Shown: one piece after another, positions 1 to 6,803 of the stretch
How the letters are laid out: every line of letters begins with the position of its first letter
How positions within the stretch are numbered: the stretch's first letter is position 1
Source: Campylobacterota bacterium
GTDB taxonomy: Bacteria; Campylobacterota; Campylobacteria; Campylobacterales; Arcobacteraceae
Length of the DNA: 11,594 nt
Assembly: GCA_051746405.1 (NCBI GenBank)
Contig: JBNJFB010000063.1
Span: 1 to 11,594, forward strand
Direction of reading: 5' to 3'
Program-made: the position numbers and the translations under genes
Notes under the pieces: generated by a model
Told to the model about the DNA's origin: nothing
Database searches by the model: none
Seen by the model: only the letters and a program-made list of their open reading frames with translations

Positions 1-630
1 TTACCTTTGAGACAAAGCTAGTTTTATTCCTAAACTTACTAAAACAAATGAAGTTAATACATTCATATACTTTACTACCTTAGGATTTTGTGTGAGTTTA
101 CTACTAAGTACATTCCCTGCAATACCAATTGATGAAAAAGTGATAATAGTAAGCAACATGAATATTCCACCTAGCATAATCATTTGAATAGGAACACTAC
201 CTAAGTTTGGATTTACAAACTGTGGTAAAAATGCCAAGAAAAAAATAGAGACTTTAGGGTTTAATATATTCATAATAAACCCTTTTATATATAGTTTTCT
301 CAAAGCTAAACTACTATTTACACTTTTTAAATCTAAAGGCTCATTTCTATGTTTAAATGCCTGATATGCAATATATAATAAATAAGCAGCACCTGCAAAC
401 TTAACTATATCAAAAGCTAATTGTGAAGTTTTAAAAATCATCGAAATACCCAAAGCAGCTGCACTTGTATGAATTATCAATCCAGTTGCTAAACCAAGTG
501 TAGTAACTATTGCTGCTTTTTTACTCTTTGTCATACCTTGGGTTAATACATAAATATTATCAGGTCCTGGTGCTAAACATAGTAAAAAAGAGGCTACTAT
601 AAACATATAAAGATTTGAAATATCAATCAT
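1..630 (-). CDS. LysE/RhtB-family amino-acid exporter (LysE translocator)
   Basis: 209-aa hydrophobic ORF with N-terminal 'LAPGPDNIYV' and 'GFIMNILNPKVSIFF' motifs typical of LysE/RhtB; AAGG SD at 637-640 (- strand). Confidence 0.92.
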   Translation of the reverse strand: MIDISNLYMFIVASFLLCLAPGPDNIYVLTQGMTKSKKAAIVTTLGLATGLIIHTSAAALGISMIFKTSQLAFDIVKFAGAAYLLYIAYQAFKHRNEPLDLKSVNSSLALRKLYIKGFIMNILNPKVSIFFLAFLPQFVNPNLGSVPIQMIMLGGIFMLLTIITFSSIGIAGNVLSSKLTQNPKVVKYMNVLTSFVLVSLGIKLALSQR

Positions 631-747
631 AAAAAGCCTTAATTATATTATTTTTTATACGTTATTCTATCTAAAAAACCAAAAAAAAATTTTATACCAC
701 TAAGTGAACACCAATATCAAATAGACTTTTATCTAAAGGAGTTTATT

Positions 748-2094
748 ATGAACTATACAAAAAAAAGATATCTTACATATCTTATCTTAACTGTTTTTAT
801 TTTCACACTACCATTTATCAAAATAAATGGTAACCACGTTCTACTTCTATCTTTTGTGGATATGAAGTTTCACTTTATAGGGTACGCATTTAATGTAAAT
901 GAACTTTACATTATGCCTTTTTTACTAATGTTTTTATTTATTGGTATTTTTGCCATAACTACTATCTTTGGTAGAGTTTGGTGTGGTTGGGCATGTCCTC
1001 AAACTATCTTTAGAGTTATTTTCAGAGATTTTATAGAGGGTAAACTTTTAAAACTTACAAACCAAAAAAATAAGCAAAAAGAAATTGATTTTTCTAAACC
1101 TAAAAATATGATGAAAAAGTACTTATCTGTAGTTATTTACTTTTTTGTTGCACTTATTGCCTCATCTAATTTTATGTGGTACTTCGTACCTCCTGAAGAT
1201 TTCTTCTCATATTTACAAAATCCAACAGAACATATGTTTATGATTCTATTTGTATTAAGTGTTGCTGTATTTTTAGTATATGATATTGTTGCTATTAAAG
1301 AGAACTTCTGTGTTTATATCTGTCCTTATTCAAGGGTTCAATCTGTACTTTATGATGATGATACAAAGCAGGTTGTTTATGATACAAAAAGAGGAGGGGA
1401 TATATATCAAAATAAGAAAAAATCTATTTTTAAAATGAAAGAGTGGCAAGGAAATGAGCAGTGTACTACTTGTGAAGCTTGTGTAAGAGTTTGTCCTACT
1501 CATATTGATATTAGAAAAGGTTTACAAGTTGAGTGTATTAACTGTTTAGAGTGTAGTGATGCTTGTGGAAAAGTTATGGGTAAACTTGGTAAAAAATCCC
1601 TTATTAATTGGGGAAGTACAAATGAGGTTATAAATAAAACAACAACAAAGATTTTAAATAAGAGAAATTTAGCATATTTTATCTCTCTTGCTTTATGTAT
1701 TGTTTTAGCCTTAGGGTTTGCATCAAAAAAAAAGTATTTTTTAGTAAATGTAAATAAAACTACTAAACTATATAGTATCAAAGAAAACCAACAAGTTGCA
1801 AATAACTATATCTTTATATTTCATAATACAAGTGATAAAGCCTATACTTTTGATATGAAACTACAAGAAGATAGTAAGTTTTTCCTAAAGAGATTTAAGC
1901 CATTTACGTTAAAACCAAATAAAAGAGTTAAAAAAGTTGTGATAGTTCAAACAAAAGATAGACTTTTCCTATCAGACAATAAAAATACACCTTTAAAAGT
2001 AAAAATTGATATTCTTACAAAAGAGAATAAAAAAGCAAAACAGACTAAAACCTTATCTTTTATCTATCCTAGAAACTCAGAGTTTAAAGACTAA
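748..2094 (+). CDS. ccoG: Cytochrome c oxidase accessory protein CcoG / FixG-family 4Fe-4S membrane protein
   Basis: Motifs GRVWCGWACPQT, FCVYICPYSRVQS and CTTCEACVRVCP-x-IDIRKGLQVECINCLECSDAC, several TM helices and a C-terminal beta-rich domain; AAGGAG SD at 736-741. Confidence 0.9.
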   Translation: MNYTKKRYLTYLILTVFIFTLPFIKINGNHVLLLSFVDMKFHFIGYAFNVNELYIMPFLLMFLFIGIFAITTIFGRVWCGWACPQTIFRVIFRDFIEGKLLKLTNQKNKQKEIDFSKPKNMMKKYLSVVIYFFVALIASSNFMWYFVPPEDFFSYLQNPTEHMFMILFVLSVAVFLVYDIVAIKENFCVYICPYSRVQSVLYDDDTKQVVYDTKRGGDIYQNKKKSIFKMKEWQGNEQCTTCEACVRVCPTHIDIRKGLQVECINCLECSDACGKVMGKLGKKSLINWGSTNEVINKTTTKILNKRNLAYFISLALCIVLALGFASKKKYFLVNVNKTTKLYSIKENQQVANNYIFIFHNTSDKAYTFDMKLQEDSKFFLKRFKPFTLKPNKRVKKVVIVQTKDRLFLSDNKNTPLKVKIDILTKENKKAKQTKTLSFIYPRNSEFKD

Positions 2095-3404
2095 GGAACA
2101 ACTTTTTCAAAAAAGAGGGTAAAACAAGCTCCCTCTTTTTTATTTTCTACTTCTATTTTCCCATCAAATGTTTTTTCAATAATCTCTTTTACTAAATACA
2201 GTCCTATTCCTAAACCATCTTTTTTAGTTGTAAAGTAAGGTTGGAATATCTTATTTATGTTTTTAATACCACCTGCATTATCCTCTATACTTAAAGTTGT
2301 AAAAGCACTATTTGAGTCAATTATGATTTTAATCTCTGGTTTTTCTATATTTTTTAGTTCATCTTTTGCATTAAATAGAAGTGATAAAAGAACCTGTGAT
2401 AACTCACTTTTAATTCCATATATCATAACATCACTATTTGTCTTATACTCTATATCAAGTTGAATATTATGCTTCTTTAAATCTGCACTTATAACTGTCA
2501 AAGCACTACTTATAGACTCTTCTACAAAAAAGTTCTCTTTGTGTTTTGTAAGGGTATAAAAATTTTTAAAATCATCAATTGTTTTAGATAAAAACTTTAA
2601 TTGACTATTTGCTTGTTCATACTTTTTATCAAAGTAGTCTTGAGTTAATTTCTGATTTTCATACCTTGTTTTTAGATTCATCAAAATATATGATAGATTA
2701 TTTAAAGGCTGCCTAAATTGATGGGTGATATTTTGTATCATTTGACCTGACTGTGCTAGTTTTGATTGCTGAAAAAGCATATTTTCATACTGCTTACTTT
2801 GCTCTTTTAAATTGTTATATTTATATGCAGCAAGAAATGTAAATAAAACTGCCTCAATAGCAAAAGCTAAGAGTAATAAATCTATATACCCTTTGTTTGT
2901 ATAAAACCCCTTAAAATCCCAAATAAACAAAGCTATACAAATTATCGACCAACCAAATACATATATGCCTTTTGATTTAAAATTATCCTTTGCATTAAAG
3001 ATAATCGATAAAAAAAGAATCCCGTAAATGATAGTATAAGGAAGATACTCAAAAACCATATAGTGATAAAATGCACTTAAAATCACTATATTTAAAAACA
3101 GAGTATTTACTAAAAGTTCTTTGTAGTTTGAGATTTTAGGAATAAAACTAATATTGTAAAAGTTAAAAGCAAATACCAAAGCACTAAGACTAGCCCCAAC
3201 TAAAGAGATTTCTAAAAAAAGATAGTGAAAATCAAATAGCTTACTATAAGCTAGAATATAAACTAAAGAGAAAATTTGCATAATTGAATAGCTTATATAA
3301 AAAATCTCTTTTGAATAAATTGATCTAATAAGTGTATAAACGATAGTCATCAAAACTATACCAAAAGTGACTCCGTATGTTAGTACAACTATTAAATCAT
3401 ACAT
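2091..3404 (-). CDS. Membrane sensor histidine kinase (multi-TM N-terminus + HisKA + HATPase_c)
   Basis: H-box NITHQFRQPLN, N-box LLFNAKD, G1 IEDNAGGI, F-box FQPYFTTK, G2 GLGIGL; about 6-7 hydrophobic segments in the first ~195 aa. Overlaps the regulator by 8 nt and the convergent ccoG stop by 4 nt. Confidence 0.93.
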   Translation of the reverse strand: MYDLIVVLTYGVTFGIVLMTIVYTLIRSIYSKEIFYISYSIMQIFSLVYILAYSKLFDFHYLFLEISLVGASLSALVFAFNFYNISFIPKISNYKELLVNTLFLNIVILSAFYHYMVFEYLPYTIIYGILFLSIIFNAKDNFKSKGIYVFGWSIICIALFIWDFKGFYTNKGYIDLLLLAFAIEAVLFTFLAAYKYNNLKEQSKQYENMLFQQSKLAQSGQMIQNITHQFRQPLNNLSYILMNLKTRYENQKLTQDYFDKKYEQANSQLKFLSKTIDDFKNFYTLTKHKENFFVEESISSALTVISADLKKHNIQLDIEYKTNSDVMIYGIKSELSQVLLSLLFNAKDELKNIEKPEIKIIIDSNSAFTTLSIEDNAGGIKNINKIFQPYFTTKKDGLGIGLYLVKEIIEKTFDGKIEVENKKEGACFTLFFEKVVP

Positions 3405-4077
3405 CTATTTTATATCCAGTTCCCCATAGATTTGAAATAAGCTGTCTTGGAACCTTTGATTTTAGGTTTTTTACTACAGTTTTTAATGCATCTTTAGTCA
3501 TAACACTATCTTGCCATACGAAGTTTTCTATTTCATTGTAAGTTACATATCTATTTTTATTTTTTATTAAAAGGGTTAAAAACTCAATCTCTTTAGCCCT
3601 TAGTTTAACTTGCTCTTCTTTGAAAAAAAGTGTTTTATTAAATATATCAAACCTATAGCCATCTTTTAGATTTACGATATTTGAGCTATCGTTTTTAATA
3701 GCTTCAATACACATATCTAAAGACTCTTTTAAACTCTTCTCAACAACAGGCTTAACTAAATATTTCACAAGCTGTAACTCAATAGCTTCAAAAAGATACT
3801 CTTTATTACTAAAAGCTGAGATAACTATAACTTGTACTTTTTTATCTTTTTGTCTTACTTTTCTTACAAACTCTAAGCCATTTAATTTAGGCATTTGAAT
3901 ATCTGTAATTATGATATCAGGTTTAATCTCTTCATATAGCCTTAAAGCACTTAAAGCATCACTAGCCTCATATATATCATCAAAGAAGTTTTCCAAATAC
4001 TCAACTGCATTTTGTCTTGTAATCTCATCATCTTCCACAAATAAGAGTTTTATATTTTCATAATTACTATTTTGCAT
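3397..4077 (-). CDS. OmpR/PhoB-family DNA-binding response regulator
   Basis: Receiver motifs LFVEDD, IITDIQMPKLNG, ISAF, YLVKP; winged-helix C-terminus (LKTVVKNLKSK...NLWGTGYKI). Confidence 0.93.
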   Translation of the reverse strand: MQNSNYENIKLLFVEDDEITRQNAVEYLENFFDDIYEASDALSALRLYEEIKPDIIITDIQMPKLNGLEFVRKVRQKDKKVQVIVISAFSNKEYLFEAIELQLVKYLVKPVVEKSLKESLDMCIEAIKNDSSNIVNLKDGYRFDIFNKTLFFKEEQVKLRAKEIEFLTLLIKNKNRYVTYNEIENFVWQDSVMTKDALKTVVKNLKSKVPRQLISNLWGTGYKIDV

Positions 4078-4082
4078 AATAT

Positions 4083-4088
4083 ATTATA
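4083..4088 (-). promoter_or_regulatory. -10 box (TATAAT) of the response-regulator operon, probably leaderless
   Basis: The - strand reads GA-TATAAT-ATATT-ATG, with no SD upstream of the ATG at 4077. Confidence 0.55.
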
Positions 4089-4131
4089 TCTTATTTTCTT
4101 TATGATAAATATTTAAATCATTACATACCTA

Positions 4132-5421
4132 TATTTAATCTACTCTCAAATCCCCATTTGATATAATTCAATGAAAAAGTTAATGATGGTAATGTTTGTT
4201 TTAATCTACTCTCAAATCCCCATTTGATATAATTACAAATAGACAGTTTGCAAGTGCTACTTGTTTTAATCTACTCTCAAATCCCCATTTAATATAATTA
4301 TTATCCCATTTGTACCCATCTTTTGCTGGTTTTAATCTACTCTCAAATCCCCATTTGATATAATTTTTGTTGGCTATAGGACGTGGAAGAATAAGTTTTA
4401 ATCTACTCTCAAATCCCCATTTGATATAATAAAAAGAAAAAAGGATAAATGGTAAGAATAGTTTTAATCTACTCTCAAATCCCCATTTGATATAATTTGA
4501 TTTGTAGTTATATTGTTCACACTTAAGTTTTAATCTACTCTCAAATCCCCATTTGATATAATATAGATGGTTATGAATATAAACTTTCAGAGAGTTTTAA
4601 TCTACTCTCAAATCCCCATTTGATATAATTATAATTTACCTCGTTTACGTCTACGCCCTGTTTTAATCTACTCTCAAATCCCCATTTGATATAATATTAA
4701 ATGTTAATGTTTGTTCATCTGCTGTGTTTTAATCTACTCTCAAATCCCCATTTGATATAATAAAATGGTTACAGCATAAGAGAGATAGCCAGTTTTAATC
4801 TACTCTCAAATCCCCATTTGATATAATTAAAATAAAGAGTTAAAAAATTATAAAGATGTTTTAATCTACTCTCAAATCCCCATTTGATATAATCTCAATG
4901 TTATTGTTCCCCATGCTTTCCAAGTTTTAATCTACTCTCAAATCCCCATTTGATATAATAGATAGTTTATTATGAAGATGAATACATAGGTTTTAATCTA
5001 CTCTCAAATCCCCATTTGATATAATTGAAGTTAGAAGATTAAAAACAAACAATTGTTTTAATCTACTCTCAAATCCCCATTTGATATAATAATAGCAAAT
5101 GAGTACAATATTGAAATCGAGTTTTAATCTACTCTCAAATCCCCATTTGATATAATTTTTTTTCTTTTTTTTATGCGTAACTTGTGGTTTTAATCTACTC
5201 TCAAATCCCCATTTGATATAATGTAAAAGATTTTAAAAACCAATAATTGCTAGTTTTAATCTACTCTCAAATCCCCATTTGATATAATTAGAGAAGATAT
5301 TTTAAAAGCTTTGGATTCGTTTTAATCTACTCTCAAATCCCCATTTGATATAATTAAACAACCAAAAGGTAACAATAATTATTTAGTTTTAATCTACTCT
5401 CAAATCCCCATTTGATATAAT
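4132..5421 (+). CRISPR. Type II-C CRISPR array: 20 repeats of 36 bp (GTTTTAATCTACTCTCAAATCCCCATTTGATATAAT) and 19 unique spacers of 29-31 nt
   Basis: Repeat starts at 4132 (degenerate, TA instead of GT), 4198, 4263 (G29A variant), 4329, 4395, 4461, 4527, 4594, 4660, 4726, 4792, 4858, 4924, 4990, 5055, 5121, 5187, 5253, 5319 and 5386. The + strand is inferred from the GTTTT 5' end, the TGnTATAAT 3' end and complementarity to the - strand tracrRNA. Confidence 0.99.
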
Positions 5422-5469
5422 AGAGTAGCTTAAAGCTCTGTTTTTTGGGCTTGAATAAGAGTTTTTATA
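5422..5469. promoter_or_regulatory. Short (48 bp) cas2-proximal leader-like region, with an inverted partial repeat and a T6 tract (possible array terminator)
   Basis: Lies between perfect repeat 20 and the cas2 stop, while the degenerate repeat is at the opposite end. 5422-5436 is complementary to repeat nt 1-15; TTTTTT at 5441-5446. Confidence 0.6.
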
Positions 5470-5820
5470 CTAAAAAACCAGCACACTTTGTGTTTGTTTT
5501 AGTACTTTTTTCTCAGGTTTTTCTCGATAATTTTCTATTATCAACATATTTTTATATTGAGCTTCTGTGATTTTTACTACTCTTATAGAGCCACCTACTG
5601 GTGCAGCTAGTTCTATTTTTTTCTCATATTTTTGAGCTATGGCTAAACTTTTACAAAATCTTATATAGATAGAATACTGAAACATTATAAAGCCCATCTC
5701 TAAAAGCTTTTTACGGAATTTTGTATATTTCTTTATATCTTTTTTAGTGTTTGTTGGCATATCAAACATCGCAAATAATACCATTTTTCTATACCTACTA
5801 GTTTCGTTTGTATTTTTCAC
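5470..5820 (-). CDS. cas2: CRISPR-associated endonuclease Cas2
   Basis: SRYRKMVLFAMFDMPT...FRKKLLEMGFIMFQYSIYIR is typical type II Cas2; the GTG start overlaps the cas1 TGA (GTGA). Confidence 0.97.
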   Translation of the reverse strand: MKNTNETSRYRKMVLFAMFDMPTNTKKDIKKYTKFRKKLLEMGFIMFQYSIYIRFCKSLAIAQKYEKKIELAAPVGGSIRVVKITEAQYKNMLIIENYREKPEKKVLKQTQSVLVF

Positions 5821-6686
5821 AGTTCAAAGGGTGTGAGCTCTTCACATTTTAATAAACATATCGATTGATAGTTTGCTACCATACTTTTCATACAGTTTGA
5901 TATACTTACGTTTTTATTATCATAAAAAACTGTAGTATCAAGGAGTTTAACAAGGTCTATTTTTACCTTATTAGAAAACTGTATATTTTTTTTCATATTT
6001 CTTACTACATAGTCATCTACAATAGGTCTAAAAGGTTCTATCAAATCATCTGCAAGATTAAAAGAGTTTAACTCACTACTATGATGTATACCAAAAGCAG
6101 GATTTAGTCCATAAGCTATTAAATATCTACATATAGAACTTCTAAATATACTATAGCCATAATTTAAAGTTGCATTTATATTATTGTCATCTTTTCTTGT
6201 AAAATCTTTACCAAACAACGCTTTAAGATAGTATGCAGCAGCTGTAGCTTCTATATTTTCTTTATCATTTGATTTTATTCTTGGAATTAATGAGTTTAGA
6301 TACTCACTATTTTTATTTAGTTTTTTTAATATATTTGCTTGGTTGTTTACCTTTGAGATAACAATATCTTTCCATATTTGATTTAGTTTTGGTTTTGATA
6401 TAGCTATTTGTGACTTTTGAATCTTTGTAGTACGACTATTTTTATTTATACCTTGTAAGACAGAACTAGGCATAAACTTTTCATCACAAAAGATGACATT
6501 TATATCAGCTTTTGTAAGCTGGGATAATAAAGCAGAGGTTATAGTCGTTTGTTGGTTTTCTATGATAATGGTATCTATATCATCAAAGCAGACTGTTGTT
6601 TCATAATCATCGATTTTTATAGATATGAGATTATGTTTGTAGCTTAAATAAGATTTGTTTTTGATGTATAGTTTTTGAGAAGACAT
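5817..6686 (-). CDS. cas1: Type II CRISPR-associated integrase Cas1
   Basis: NIEATAAAYY, NATLNYGYSIFR and GIHH...FNLADDLIEPFRP motifs; 289 aa; lies between cas9 and cas2. Confidence 0.98.
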   Translation of the reverse strand: MSSQKLYIKNKSYLSYKHNLISIKIDDYETTVCFDDIDTIIIENQQTTITSALLSQLTKADINVIFCDEKFMPSSVLQGINKNSRTTKIQKSQIAISKPKLNQIWKDIVISKVNNQANILKKLNKNSEYLNSLIPRIKSNDKENIEATAAAYYLKALFGKDFTRKDDNNINATLNYGYSIFRSSICRYLIAYGLNPAFGIHHSSELNSFNLADDLIEPFRPIVDDYVVRNMKKNIQFSNKVKIDLVKLLDTTVFYDNKNVSISNCMKSMVANYQSICLLKCEELTPFEL

Positions 6687-6687
6687 T

Positions 6688-6776
6688 AAAAAACTCCGAA
6701 TTGAAGGATAAACCTTGCGTGGCTCGGAGAAACACCACTTGTTTTAACCAAACTATCAAATCCCCATTTGATATAA
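6688..6776 (-). ncRNA. tracrRNA (anti-repeat + pseudoknot scaffold + U6 tail)
   Basis: 6741-6776 on + is a near copy of the repeat (GTTTTAA-CCAAACTA-TCAAATCCCCATTTGATATAA), so the - strand is the anti-repeat. It continues AAGTGGTGTTTCTCCGAGCCACGCAAGGTTTATCCTTCAATTCGGAGTTTTTT. Ends are approximate. Confidence 0.93.
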
Positions 6777-6780
6777 AATA

Positions 6781-6786
6781 ATTGTA
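6781..6786 (-). promoter_or_regulatory. Putative -10 box (TACAAT) of the tracrRNA
   Basis: TACAAT followed by 6 nt and an A at 6774, at the start of the anti-repeat. Confidence 0.5.
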
Positions 6787-6803
6787 TAATATTGTTTCTT
6801 AAA

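Noticed and set aside
1725..1733. A9 tract in ccoG as a phase-variation site
   Set aside because: Poly-A runs are common throughout this AT-rich window and the frame is intact.
1500..1781. 93-aa ORF on the - strand
   Set aside because: Antisense shadow inside ccoG with no recognisable motif.
2257..2463. 68-aa ORF on the + strand
   Set aside because: Antisense shadow inside the histidine kinase ATPase domain.
3391..3408. Gapped similarity (attaaatcatacatctat) to 4111-4132 upstream of repeat 1
   Set aside because: Needs two gaps, is AT-rich and lies in doubly constrained coding overlap.
4964..4976. Spacer 13 shares 13 nt (AGTTTATTATGAA) with the ccoG start region (740-752)
   Set aside because: The match is in the PAM-distal part, not the seed, and an AT-rich 13-mer among 19 spacers against both strands is plausible by chance.
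4431..5170. Spacer 5 (AAAAAGAAAAAA) is complementary to the start of spacer 16
   Set aside because: Low-complexity 12-nt match that does not extend; no evidence of overlapping protospacers.
6741..6777. Isolated degenerate repeat as a second mini-array
   Set aside because: Better explained as the tracrRNA anti-repeat on the - strand, with typical bulge, scaffold and U tail.
6785..6790. + strand TATAAT pointing antisense into the cas9 3' end
   Set aside because: Bare hexamer without correct TGn spacing in very AT-rich DNA; cannot be supported without TSS data.
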